Notes under the pieces: model-generated
Database searches by the model: none
Seen by the model: the letters and a program-made list of their open reading frames with translations, nothing else
Told to the model about the DNA's origin: nothing
Assembly: GCA_963833985.1 (NCBI GenBank)
Contig: CAWIAD010000002.1
Span: 992,001 to 1,056,000 of the forward strand
DNA: 64,000 bases
Source: an uncultured Planctomycetaceae bacterium
Lineage (GTDB): Bacteria > Planctomycetota > Planctomycetia > Isosphaerales > Isosphaeraceae
Direction of reading: 5' to 3'
Position numbers and translations under genes: made by a program
In this document: piece after piece, positions 42,011 through 53,151 of the stretch
How positions within the stretch are numbered: position 1 is the first letter of the stretch
Layout: each line of letters begins with the position of its first letter

Positions 42011-42223
42011 CTATTTCCGGCCGCGACGGCCGGTCAGGATCAACACGCCACCGCTCAAGAGCATGAGAGCGCTGGCCATCGAGCCGGGATCAATTTCCGG
42101 CACGGACACCGGCTCAAACGCCCCTGCGCCGGTGCTCAGGCCGGCAACCACCAGCGCACAGCCCAGGGCCATGGAAAGCCCTCTCAGGACCGAACAGAAA
42201 CGACCGCTCAATGTTCCTGTCAT
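42011..42223 (-). CDS. Minimal VPEID-CTERM sorting-signal protein (70 aa)
   Basis: Signal peptide ending AGA, then FEPVS-VPEID, a TM helix and a basic tail RRGRK. Confidence 0.85.
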   Translation of the reverse strand: MTGTLSGRFCSVLRGLSMALGCALVVAGLSTGAGAFEPVSVPEIDPGSMASALMLLSGGVLILTGRRGRK

Positions 42224-42545
42224 TCGTAACCCCTCTCGGAAGACCAAGCGTTTAGCTCCCAGCCCCGAATCATGCCGATGGAAAGCGCGATCAAGACTCC
42301 GTCGGGAGCAGGAGGCCCGATGCCGTACGTTTTGCGTACCGAGCATGAGTGAGTTGATGTGCCTGGTGTTTTCTCATCTTACGACCGAATCCCTGGGAAA
42401 TCCATGAATTCATGGCCTATGATGGCTAAACTCATCGGCAATCTCGTCGTTGCTGCTTAAAGTAGACATCACGTCGTGATCGGGCGCTCTTACATAAGGG
42501 AAAAGGGCCTACGCTGACCGTGCGCCGCCCATGACGCTCCCAGCA

Positions 42546-42914
42546 CTACCGGAGCGGGGGATAATAGTATCTCGCCAGATATCGGGTGCCTCCACCCATG
42601 TAGTACCAGGACCATCGATCGTTGGGACTGCCGTAAGGCTGGCCCGTAAAGAAAAACTGGTCACCGGGACCGTACGGCACATAGGTTCGCGCCGGGGCAG
42701 ACGCTGAAACGTAATAGCTGTAAGGCGGGGGCTGTCCCTGTCCCGGGGACATTGTGGAGCCAGAACTCGATGGGGTGAAGCCGCTGCCCGCGCTTCGCAT
42801 GCTCACCGCGGAACCCGTCGTCGGGTTTGTCGGACAGCAATCCTGGGCGCTGGACCGGCAGCTCAGGATAGCAAGTCCCACGAGGACCGCAACGCCTGTT
42901 TGTAGCCGCTTCAT
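42546..42914 (-). CDS. Secreted Tyr/Pro-rich hypothetical protein
   Basis: GGAGAGGAG RBS, signal peptide and aromatic-rich C-terminus. Confidence 0.6.
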   Translation of the reverse strand: MKRLQTGVAVLVGLAILSCRSSAQDCCPTNPTTGSAVSMRSAGSGFTPSSSGSTMSPGQGQPPPYSYYVSASAPARTYVPYGPGDQFFFTGQPYGSPNDRWSWYYMGGGTRYLARYYYPPLR

Positions 42915-43276
42915 CAATTGCTCCTCTCCTGATTGCAATCGCCAGTCGAATTCACGCTTCGCCGCACACGCACGGCAAATCTTTTCCTGAACCGCATCCC
43001 GACATGCCTTCTGCACGAACCAAAGGTTCGACTGGTATATCCTAGCGAATTTGACTGAACTGCGTAAACTGCCCAGCATGGCGATTTCCGATGTGTCCGG
43101 CGTGAACGAGGTGCCGATCGTCCGGCCTTCAACCTGGATGGACGGCCGGCGTGGAGTCACGGGCATGCCATACCCTGGCCGCGCGTGGTTTTCTCTTGGA
43201 CTGGCGTTTAGGATGAGGGTCGCGAAGAGGCTGCGGTGCGTGGCCGTGACGATCTTCCGCCGATGGTGAGGATGGG

Positions 43277-45138
43277 ATGCTGGGACTTGACTCGCGTGGC
43301 CGGTGTCTTCTTGCGGGATGGATCTGGATGCTGATGATCGTGACTTCAGGATCTGCCGAGCCTGCCGAACCCGTCCGCTACCGCCTCCGCTTTCCGGCGC
43401 CCAGACGCACTACGTCGAGGTGGAGGCGCGTCTCCCGGCTGCCGGACGAGCGGACGTTGAGCTCATGATGCCGGTCTGGACCCCCGGTTCGTACCTGGTA
43501 CGCGAGTACGCGCGTCATCTCGAGGACTTGCGGGCGGTGGCCCGTGGCGGCAAGACGCTCGATGTCGCGCGCGTCAACAAGAACCGCTGGCGGGTTACTA
43601 CTGATGGGGCGGCCGAGGTCATCGTGACGTATCGCATCTACGGGCGAGCCATGTCGGTCCAGGGGAACTGGATCGACGCCTCGTTCGCGCTGCTCAATGG
43701 CGCGGCGACTTTCTTGACGCTGGCCGACCAGGCGCCGCGGCCCCACGAGGTGTCGCTCGAGTTACCCGCTCCATGGCGAACGAGCGTGACCGGTCTTCCC
43801 CGGGCGGCCGGCGAGGCACCCCACCACTACGTTGCGGCCGACTATGACATGCTCGTCGATTGCCCGATCTACGCGGGCGATCCCGCCATTTACGAGTTTC
43901 AGATCGACGACATACCGCATTTCCTGGTCAACGAGGGCGAGGGAGGCGTGTGGGACGGACCGCGCTCGGCGCGCGATGTCCAGGCGATCGTCCGCGCCCA
44001 GAAGGCGTTCTGGGGCTTCTTGCCGTACGAGAAATACGTCTTCTTCAATCTCCTGACCGAGAGCGGAGGAGGGCTGGAGCACAAGAACTCGACGGTCTTG
44101 ATGGCCAGCCGCTGGGCCACCCGCACCCGCAATGGCTACCTTTCCTGGCTGAACCTGGTCAGCCACGAGTTCTTCCACACCTGGAACGTCAAGCGGCTGC
44201 GGCCCGCCGAGCTGGGACCGTTCGATTACGAGAACGAGACGTACACCACCAGCCTGTGGATCGCGGAGGGAATTACCAGCTATTACGACCGGCTGCTGGT
44301 GCGCCGCGCGGGGCTTTGCAGCGTCGAGGAATACCTGGCGGGCGACCCTCCCGCGCCTGGTGCCGATTCCGAGAAGAGCACCAACGACATCGAGCGGCTA
44401 CAGACCACGCCCGGCCGGCTGGTCCAGCCCCTGGAGGCCTCGTCCTTCGACGCCTGGATCAAGTTCTACCGCCGCGATGAGAATACGCCCAACAGCGGCA
44501 TCAGCTATTACGTCAAGGGCGCGGTGGTCGCTTTCCTGCTCGACGCCAGGATCCGCAAGGCAACCGCAGGCGCGAAGAGCCTGGACGATGTGATGCGGCT
44601 GGCTTACAGCCGCTACTCCGGTACCCGCGGATTCACTGCCGCCCAGTTCCGTACGGCCGCTTCCGAGGTGGCCGGGCTCGATCTTTCCTCCTGGTTCCAC
44701 AAGGCGCTCGAGACGACCGAGGAGCTGGATTATACCGAAGCGCTCGACTGGCTGGGCTTGCGCTTCGCCAGGGATGACAAGAAGAAAGACGCGAACAAGC
44801 CACCAAAGGCCTGGCTGGGTCTGGTGACCAGGAACGAGGATGGACGGCTGGTGGTCAGCCAGGTGAAGCGCGGCACCCCCGGGTACGCGGCCGGCTGCAA
44901 CGTGGGCGACGAGATCCTGGCGATTGGTGATGACCGCGTCCACGCCGATGGCTGGAACCGGCGGCTGGAATTCTACCAGCCCGGGGAGAAGGTCTCCCTG
45001 CTCATCTCGCGGCGCGATCGGCTGCGACGGCTGGAGGCCACCTTCGGGCAGGAACCCGCCCGAGAGTGGACGCTGGAGGTCCGTCCCGAAGCCACGGACG
45101 CTCAGAAAGCCGCGCGCAAAGCGTGGCTGGGCGAATAG
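43277..45138 (+). CDS. M61 glycyl aminopeptidase with PDZ domain (frameshift near 43400)
   Basis: MPVWTPGSY, GGGLEH, HEFFHTWN and YYVKG, plus a C-terminal PDZ. Confidence 0.9.
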
Positions 45139-45186
45139 CCAGAAACGGCGACGGACTCAGTCCGGCTGGCATTTCCTGGCGCGAAG

Positions 45187-46005
45187 TCAGCCTTGCTTGC
45201 GCAGCAGTGGTAGCGGTACATAATAGGTGAGGTAGCGCCGGCCGTCAGAGAAGGGCTCGCCGCGGGGGCTTTCGATCAGCACCGTGGCGCGGCGGGTGAT
45301 GCGGTTGACGCGGCCGTGATAGGTCGAGCCGTCGAGATCGAAGCTGACCTGGTCGCCCACCCGGACGTCGAAGGCAACGGCAGCCTGCTCGCGGGGTGTG
45401 ACCAGGTCGTGCGAGACGCCCTCGTGGGCGAAGATCCGCCGCGACAGGGCATGGAAATTCTCGGCCGAGCAGCTTGATCGGCCCCAGCCCAGGAACTCGG
45501 CGAGGTGCAACAGCTCGTGTTCGAAGATGCGCTGCAAGGCTTCGAGTCGGTCATGGCAGAGCAACCCGCCGACGATCACGTCGCGCTCCACGTTCTGGAA
45601 CGTACTGAACAGGAGTGTGGTGGACACCGAGATCTCGTACTCCACGCGGTGGTTCGTCCTGCCGTCGAGCCGGACCTTCCGAACCTGCCGCATGGTCTGA
45701 CCGGCGGCGCGGGTGAGCCTGCGTGAGAGCCGGAAGCCCATGGGATGGGCCCGGTCCTCCATGAGCATCTCGCCCAGCAGGCCGCGGAAGAATTCCCGGT
45801 CATAGAGTGCGAAGAGGCGCTCGAGGTCATCGCTGCCGATGACCGTGAAGTTGCCGGTGCGGATCTGGGCGGAGTGCTCCAACATGGCCTCGTACACCCG
45901 CCTGCTGCGGGCCAAGACCTCCGGCGCTGGGAACAGCAGCGACGCGAGCTTGGCCTGGCGTTCCCGCCCCGGTCCCGGGGCATCGATCGACATCACGTGA
46001 TTCAT
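45187..46005 (-). CDS. SprT-like zinc metalloprotease domain protein
   Basis: RLTRAAG, HELLH and an SH3-like C-terminus. Confidence 0.6.
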   Translation of the reverse strand: MNHVMSIDAPGPGRERQAKLASLLFPAPEVLARSRRVYEAMLEHSAQIRTGNFTVIGSDDLERLFALYDREFFRGLLGEMLMEDRAHPMGFRLSRRLTRAAGQTMRQVRKVRLDGRTNHRVEYEISVSTTLLFSTFQNVERDVIVGGLLCHDRLEALQRIFEHELLHLAEFLGWGRSSCSAENFHALSRRIFAHEGVSHDLVTPREQAAVAFDVRVGDQVSFDLDGSTYHGRVNRITRRATVLIESPRGEPFSDGRRYLTYYVPLPLLRKQG

Positions 46006-46011
46006 CCGTCA

Positions 46012-47088
46012 TCACCTTGCGACGCCCCCCCGGACACCTGGCGTCAGGTCGTACAGGAAGATGCCGTATCCCACACCGGCGGCGTCGCGGGACCGCGCCA
46101 TCTGAAAGGCCATGAAACGACCGTCGTCGCTGACCACGGGGTTGGAGGCCTTGTACCCCGGATAACGGGTGAACGCGGTGAGGCGCTCGGAGCGTCCCGT
46201 CCCGTCGAGAGCCAGCTTCCAGAGGTCCACGTACCCGGCGCCCGCCTTGCCGGCGGGGTGGTCGCGGTCCGACTCGACGCAGGTGAACCGGCCGTCCGGG
46301 AAGATCCCCTCGGGCTCATCATACTGGCCGGCAGCCACGGAATAATTCGTGACCTGGCCGGTCGCCAGCTCGATGCCGCAGACCTCCGTGCCCTGGTAGC
46401 CGTACGCACTGAAGGTGAGCTCGCGTTCTTCCGGAGGGCGGAAGTTCTGGGCTTCGAGCGTGCATCGAAACGGCAAGGTCCGGCTGTCGAGAACCAGCCG
46501 GCGGTTCGCCAGCCGAAAAGTCTTGCCATCATCCTGGATGTCGGCCTCGTAGATCCGCGAGCTGCCCGCGGGCATCTCCGCCGGGTACTGGGCACTAACG
46601 TGTGCCCACGCGATGTGCATACGCTTGCGCGAGACCGCAGGGCCCTCGGAGCATTTGGTGCCCAGGGGGATGGGGGGCTCGTTGCCTCCCTTCCTCAGCA
46701 CCGACAGAAAGCACTGCACGCGAGCATCGCCCGGATGCTCCGGATCAAACTTCAATGGTCCAGACAGCAGGACGTCGCCACTGGCCAGGTAGAGCGCCCG
46801 GGTGTAGCCATGATGCGGGTAGAAGCCGGTCAGGAGGCGAGGCACACGCGTCTTGATCTCGACCTCGTAAACATCGCCGAAGGTCTTCTCGACGAACAGC
46901 ACGCGCTGGCCGTCGTGCGAGAAATCGGCCCGTTCTCCGAAGCGCGTCAGCCGCGTGATGTGAGATGGCAGCTCGTGGTCCGGAGATCGTTCCGCGGTTC
47001 CCGGCGGCTCGGCTCCGTGGGCGGGCATGTGCACAAGGGCGGCGAGTACGAAAGCGATCACGCAAGGCATCCACGTGTTCATTTCCAT
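46012..47088 (-). CDS. Secreted TolB-like beta-propeller protein
   Basis: Signal peptide and PD40-like FSHDG, FPDGR and VSDDGR repeats. Confidence 0.7.
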   Translation of the reverse strand: MEMNTWMPCVIAFVLAALVHMPAHGAEPPGTAERSPDHELPSHITRLTRFGERADFSHDGQRVLFVEKTFGDVYEVEIKTRVPRLLTGFYPHHGYTRALYLASGDVLLSGPLKFDPEHPGDARVQCFLSVLRKGGNEPPIPLGTKCSEGPAVSRKRMHIAWAHVSAQYPAEMPAGSSRIYEADIQDDGKTFRLANRRLVLDSRTLPFRCTLEAQNFRPPEERELTFSAYGYQGTEVCGIELATGQVTNYSVAAGQYDEPEGIFPDGRFTCVESDRDHPAGKAGAGYVDLWKLALDGTGRSERLTAFTRYPGYKASNPVVSDDGRFMAFQMARSRDAAGVGYGIFLYDLTPGVRGGVAR

Positions 47089-47397
47089 GAACCTTTCCAG
47101 GTCGGTTCGACCCGATGCCCGAATCTAGCATGACGGCCAATGCGATTTCCAGAACGCAGTGCCCGTACGTCCCATCAGAGGCAGAGTCCCGGACTCTTGA
47201 AGCGCGGAACAGTCCCGGTGGCCCCGGTCGGGCTGGATCACCGGGTCGCCGCACGGCGCGGGGAACCATCAGGGTCGGCCCAGTGGAACGCCCCAGGGAA
47301 TCACGGCGCGGGCCGCACCGATGCGGGACCAGGCTCCAGATGGCCCACGCGGACGCGCACGGCGTGAGCGGCGAATCCGCGTCTCGGCCATTCCGGG

Positions 47398-48621
47398 TCA
47401 TTCCCCTGCGCCGGGCCTGGGCATCATCTGGATGCAGACCGGCATGGGGATCTGCAAGAGGTCGCCTACCTGCGCCAGGGCACCGCTTGCGGGGTCGATG
47501 CGGAAGACAGCGATCGAGTCGGAGTCTTGATTCTCGGCCAGAAGGTAAGAGCCGCTCGGGTCCATCGCGAAGTTGCGCGGGTTCTTCCCCAGCGTGCGTT
47601 GATGGCCCGCCGCCGTGAGCTTGCCGGTGGCCGCGTCGATCGTGAAGATCGCGATGCTGTCATGGCCCCGGTTCGAGCCGTAGAGGAACTTGCCCGAGGG
47701 ATGCACGTGCACGTCGGCGCAGTAGCTCTTGCCGCTGAAGCCCGCCGGCAACGTGGAGATTGACTGGAGCACGCTCAACGTGCCCCTGGTCGCATCGTAC
47801 GCGAAGGCAGTCACCGTGTTGGCGAGCTCATTGATCACGTATCCGTAGCGGCCGTCGGGATGAAACGCGAAGTGCCGCGGGCCAGACCCCGGAGCGACGG
47901 TGGCGAACCGGGGTTCGCTGGGTGCGAGCACTCCCTCGCCGGCGTCAAACCTGTACACGAAGACCCGGTCCAGACCGAGGTCCGCCACGATGGCGAACCG
48001 GTTGGCGGAGTCGAGATTGATCGAATGCGCGTGCGGCCCTTCCTGCCGGCCCGCGTCGATGCTCTTGCCGTCGTGCTGGAGGAACGACGAGGCCGGCTTC
48101 AAGGATCCGTCGGCCTGGATCGGCAGGCAGGCCACGCTGCCACTGCCGTAATTGGCCACCAGGACGTTCTTGCCGGTCTGGTCCACGGTCAGGTGGCACG
48201 GTCCGCTGCCCATGGAAGACTGCTGGTTGAGGAGAGTCAGCATCCCGCTGGACGCGTCGATCGCCAGCGCGCTCACGCCGCCCCCTTTCTTGCCTTGGAA
48301 CCGGTCGAGCTCGTTGACCGCGTAGAGGAACTTGCGGCCGGGATGGATGGCCAGGAACGAGGGGTCGGGCAGCCTGGCGGCGGCACCCCTGGACGTAAGA
48401 CGGCCCGAGGCCAGGTCGAGCTCCAGCAGGTAAACCCCCGCGCTGGGCGTCTTGCCGTGGGTGTACGTGCCCACATAAAGCCACATCGTCCCGGAGGCTG
48501 CCGGTTCGGGTGCCATGTCGTTCCCCTGGGCTGGGGTTGTGCTCGAGAACGCCAGCGCGGTCAGGACCAGCAAGACCGAAGGCAGGACCGCGCGGCTCTT
48601 GTCATCGCGTGTTGTTTTCAT
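47398..48621 (-). CDS. pgl: 6-phosphogluconolactonase (7-bladed lactonase family)
   Basis: YVGTYT, ANYGSG, PHAH, GSGPRH, SNRGHDS and PRNF. Confidence 0.88.
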   Translation of the reverse strand: MKTTRDDKSRAVLPSVLLVLTALAFSSTTPAQGNDMAPEPAASGTMWLYVGTYTHGKTPSAGVYLLELDLASGRLTSRGAAARLPDPSFLAIHPGRKFLYAVNELDRFQGKKGGGVSALAIDASSGMLTLLNQQSSMGSGPCHLTVDQTGKNVLVANYGSGSVACLPIQADGSLKPASSFLQHDGKSIDAGRQEGPHAHSINLDSANRFAIVADLGLDRVFVYRFDAGEGVLAPSEPRFATVAPGSGPRHFAFHPDGRYGYVINELANTVTAFAYDATRGTLSVLQSISTLPAGFSGKSYCADVHVHPSGKFLYGSNRGHDSIAIFTIDAATGKLTAAGHQRTLGKNPRNFAMDPSGSYLLAENQDSDSIAVFRIDPASGALAQVGDLLQIPMPVCIQMMPRPGAGE

Positions 48622-48647
48622 GATCACTCTCCAGGGCCTGAAGCGAA

Positions 48648-50765
48648 TCACGGGTTTCCGGTCCTGACCTGGTACGCCCGTGCGTGAATGGCCCGCGCGG
48701 CCGCGACGAGCTCGGGATACGGCGTGTCGGTGACGGTCAAGAAGCCGATGTTGTAGTTCTCGCCGTCCCAGGCCCGTCCGGTCAAGGGTTCGTCGATGTA
48801 CTGGAACCAGTGGCAGCCCACGAGCGCGGGGTTTTTCAGAACGCTGGAGACATAATCGGCGTAAATCGCCGCACGTTCGTGCTGATCGGCCGCCGAGACC
48901 AGGCCGGGGTGAAACATGCCGCGATCCAGCGCCCCGACGTGGAACTCGCCGATGATCACGGGCCGGCCCAGGTCCTTGAACAACGACCACTTGCCCGGAT
49001 CGACGCGGCGGTCGTAGATGTTGAAGCTCACGACGTCGCAGAACTCGGCCGAAGCCGCGACGGCCTCCTCGGTCCGCCAGGCGAACCGGCAGCCCAGGTA
49101 GAGGTGATCGGGATCGGCGGCCTTGAGGCGGTCGCGCACCGTCCTGAAGTAGGTGCGGGCGAATTCCTTGACGAACGCGCCCAGGTCGGCTTGCAGCGCG
49201 GCTGTCCATGCCGATTGCCGTCCGCCTGGCTGCCACGCGGCCTCGAGCGTGGACCAGCCGGAGAATTGCGTCTGCCAGGCGTCATTGAGCTTGCCGATCG
49301 AGGTGTATTTTTTCTGGAGCTGGTCCAGGAGGGCGCGCTTGGCGGGCGAGCTCGCCGCGGGCAAGTTGAGTGCGCCCAGGGCCAGGCCGTAGCGCCCGTT
49401 CTGCTCACCGAAGCTCCCCCAGCTCAGCTCGTTATCCACGAAGTAGCCCACGCACCAGGGATCTCCCTTGCACCACTGCGCGACCCCGCGGACGCTCCGG
49501 TCCACGTCCTCCGCGAAGCGGGGATCGAATGGGTCGTGCATCTTGCTCCAGTAGTCGGATCCGCTGCTCACGCGCGCATGGCTGCCGCCGATGGAGACGG
49601 TGGCCACGTAGGGAACCTGGCGGGCGCGCCCGACGGGTGTGTTCGACCAGTTGCCGATGGTGTTGAATCCCCAGGATTTCAGGCGGTTCAGGGTGGTGTC
49701 GCGCCAGCGCGTGAGGTACTCGGGGCCGTACGTCCGCTCCAGGTTGGCCGCGTAGAAATTGAACGTCCGGCCTTCCTTGACGGGGCCGGAATGCATGCCG
49801 CGCACCGTGCCGAAGTGCCGAGCCAGGGGGTCGCCGGGGCCGGGCAAGCCCGTGAACATCGACTCGCGTCCGGTGAGGATGGTCGACTCATCGGGCGTGA
49901 CGACGTCCACGCCCAGCGAGAAGAAGAGCGCGCCGTCGGGATCGACGAGCCACCACTTGCCGTTCTGCTGTACGGTGCGGAAGAAGCCCGCGGCCTCGAG
50001 CCTGGGGCCGTCGCGCCAGCCGCCGAAGCGGTCGCGATCGGCAGGTGCGGGGTGGGCCTTCAGGTCGGCGGCCTCGAGCTCGTGCCGATGGACCATGTCC
50101 GATTCGGACAGGACCTTCCCGGGCCAGTCGGCGCTGGCGTACTGCCCGAGCGCATCGACGATCCCCTCCAGCGGCCGCGCCGGCGCCAGTGCGGCCTGTA
50201 CGATCTCCAGCCGGCAGGGACGATCGGGCCGGTGCACGAAGAGCTGGAACGCCACGATATGGCCCAGATTGAACGATCCCTGACCGGCCGCGCTCAGCCC
50301 CCGGGTGCCGGGATACGGGGGCAACCCGCGCATCCCCAGGGCCATGGGGTCCGCCTTCGAGAGCGGAATGGACAGGGTGGTTGACTCGCCCGGATTGAGC
50401 CTTGTCTGGGCGGTCCGGCAATCGCGGCTGCCATCGGACGAGATGTCATCGTCGATGCGGATGCCCAGCTCGAGCGCGTGGCGTTCCGGATTACGTACGG
50501 TGAGCAGCAAGGTTCCGTGATCGTGCCAGTCCCACGCCTGGCCCTCGGGTGCTGCGAGCTTCACGTTGGGCCATTCCGCGCGGTCGAACGTGACGCGGAT
50601 AACGCCGGATCTTCCTGGCAGATGCTCAACCCTGGCCGCGAAGCCAGTGAGCGAGCGTAGATCCAGGGGGCTGGTCTTGAGGTCGGCTCCCGGCGACTTC
50701 GCCGAGGCAAGGCTCGTTCCCAGAAGCGCCCAGGTGGCGACCGCGATGAACGATGGACGACGCAT
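48648..50765 (-). CDS. GH50 family glycoside hydrolase (beta-agarase-like)
   Basis: WWLVDPDG, WGFNTIGNWS, FVDNELSWG, IGEFHVGALDRG and ENYNIG. Confidence 0.85.
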   Translation of the reverse strand: MRRPSFIAVATWALLGTSLASAKSPGADLKTSPLDLRSLTGFAARVEHLPGRSGVIRVTFDRAEWPNVKLAAPEGQAWDWHDHGTLLLTVRNPERHALELGIRIDDDISSDGSRDCRTAQTRLNPGESTTLSIPLSKADPMALGMRGLPPYPGTRGLSAAGQGSFNLGHIVAFQLFVHRPDRPCRLEIVQAALAPARPLEGIVDALGQYASADWPGKVLSESDMVHRHELEAADLKAHPAPADRDRFGGWRDGPRLEAAGFFRTVQQNGKWWLVDPDGALFFSLGVDVVTPDESTILTGRESMFTGLPGPGDPLARHFGTVRGMHSGPVKEGRTFNFYAANLERTYGPEYLTRWRDTTLNRLKSWGFNTIGNWSNTPVGRARQVPYVATVSIGGSHARVSSGSDYWSKMHDPFDPRFAEDVDRSVRGVAQWCKGDPWCVGYFVDNELSWGSFGEQNGRYGLALGALNLPAASSPAKRALLDQLQKKYTSIGKLNDAWQTQFSGWSTLEAAWQPGGRQSAWTAALQADLGAFVKEFARTYFRTVRDRLKAADPDHLYLGCRFAWRTEEAVAASAEFCDVVSFNIYDRRVDPGKWSLFKDLGRPVIIGEFHVGALDRGMFHPGLVSAADQHERAAIYADYVSSVLKNPALVGCHWFQYIDEPLTGRAWDGENYNIGFLTVTDTPYPELVAAARAIHARAYQVRTGNP

Positions 50766-51079
50766 GGTCCATTCCTTTCCAGCATGACGAGAGGGGGGAG
50801 GGTCTCGCTGAGCGAGCCAGATCGCCGGGCACGTGCACCAGGCCCTTTGCCCGCTCGAGGGTGGGTGAGACTCCAGAACTTTCCACGTTCATGATAACCC
50901 GACCCGGAGGGCGATGTGAGAAATCAGGGTCTCCCGAACAGGAATCCGTCCTGCACCCGGCCCTTGCGAGGGCTGGCGGGCTCTGTTTCCATGGAACCAT
51001 GCGCGACGCTTCCCCCGCCGAAGCCGGAACGGCCGCGCTGCGAATCAGGATTCCAGCCGATTCCGAGGGAGTGCCTCTG

Positions 51080-53139
51080 ATGCGATCACACCATGGCAGA
51101 CAGAACGTGCACCCCGGGCTCGTGAGGCTGGCCATTCTCTCCGCCTTCCTGGCACCGGCACCAGTACTCAGGGCCGCGGACGAGACCGTCACCGTCGAGA
51201 GCCTCCTGCACAAGATGACCGACACGCGCTGGCTGGCGGTGCCGCCTGCCGCCGGTGAGCGTACGGTCCAGTTCTCCAGCTATGATCGGGCCAGCCGGCT
51301 GGAGAATGGCACGATGATCCAGCCCTTCGCCAACGGCGACCGCGGGCATTATCTGCGCGTGGAAGACGCGGGCGGGCACAAGGAATGGGTTCTGGCCGAA
51401 TCCCAGGGGCCGGGGTACGTGTCGCGCATCTGGAGTGCCAATCCTGACGGCGAGCTGCGCATCTACATCGACGGTGCTCCTGCCCCCGCGCTGGCGGCCC
51501 CTTTCGCCACGATCACCAACGGGGAGATTGCTCCCTTCGGTGCGCCATTCGGACATGATGCGTCGCGCGGCGCAATCTCTACTTCCCGTTCCCGTTCGCC
51601 CGCTCGATCAAGATCACCACAACGAAGGGAGACCAGTACTTCCAGGTGAGCGTGACGACCTTACCGTCTGGTACCCGGGTCGAGAGCTACAGCCCGGATG
51701 TCCTGAACCGCGCCCGATCCGTGCTGGAGCAGACGCGGCGCGCGCTTTTGAACCCGCAGCCGCGTGCCTCGAAATCGCAGAGCCGGCGCGACTTTCGCTT
51801 CGCGGCTGCCGCGGGTGTGACGGCGGAGTCCGAGCCCGGCTTCTTGCCCGCGGATCGGCCGGGCTCCATCGAGTCGTTGAGCCTGCGGGTCGACTCGCCC
51901 GACCGCGAGGACGCCCTGGCGCGGACGCTGCTCATGATCACGTTCGACAACGCCCGCGAGCCGCAGGTTGCCCTGCCGCTCGGTGAGTTCTTCGGCTCGG
52001 GCCCGGGCCTCAACGCGTTCCAGTCGGCCATTCACGAAGTGCGCAGCGACGGTACCATGGTGGCGTACTGGCACATGCCTTACCACAAATCGGTCAAGAT
52101 CGGGCTGAGGAACTTCACGGGAAAAACCACCTTCTACACGGGCAGCGTCACCTATGATGATACCGAGCCGCCCGCCGGCGCGCTTTACTTCCACGCCCGC
52201 TGGCGCTACCAGGACGGCCTCCAGACGCGCAAGGCCGCCGGCACCCTCGACTGGCCGGCGCTGCGGGTTGCGGGGTCGACCGGCCGGTACGTCGGGCTCT
52301 TGCTGAATGTCTTCAACCCCACGCCCGGCTGGTGGGGCGAGGGCGATGAGAAGATCTACGTCGATGGCGAGAAATTCCCCAGCACCTTCGGCACCGGAAC
52401 CGAGGACTTCTTCGGTTATGCCTGGGGTGATAATCGCCCTTATATGAATGCATTTCATGCCCAGACGCGGTGCGACGGCCCGGGGGCCAAGGGGAACACC
52501 AGCAACATCCGTTACCAGATCCTCGACAGCGTGCCCTTCCACCAGTCGCTGGGGTTCGACATCGAGGTCTGGCACTGGGAAGCCGTGCCCATCCAGTACG
52601 CCACGGCCGCCTTCTTCTACGCCGGCCCGGGTGCGGCCATCGAGCCGGGCATCCCCGACCTGTCCGACCGGAGGGTGCATGCCAGACCGCCGCTGACGCG
52701 CGAACCGAACGCCATCGAGGCCGAAGACCTGAAGGTGCAGGCCGTCACCTCCGGCGAGGTGCCCAACCAGGACATGCTGCCCTTCGGCGACGCCTGGTCC
52801 GGGGGCCGGCAGCTCTGGTGGCTGCCGCGCGATCCGGGAGCAAGGCTGGATCTCGAGTTGCCCGTGGTGGCCGCGGGAACTTATGCCGTCTCGGCGGCGT
52901 TCACGAAGGCAGGCGACTACGGGACGGTGCAGCTTGCCATCGACGGCATGGACCTGGGCGGGCCGATCGACCTCTTCGAGCCAGCCCCCGCCGTGGTCCA
53001 CACGGGGGCCATCTCCCTGGGAACGGTGAGCCTGGGCGCTGGTGCGCATACGCTGAGCATCCGTCTTGCGGGCAAGAACGAACGCAGCAGCAACTCGCTG
53101 GTCGGCATGGACTGGATCAAGCTGGCGCCGCGGCGCTGA
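51080..53139 (+). CDS. DUF2961 (GH172-like) protein (frameshift near 51570)
   Basis: FSSYDR, GPGYVSRIW, WWGEGDEK and GTGTEDFF. Confidence 0.85.
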
Positions 53140-53151
53140 GCCCGCAGCTTC

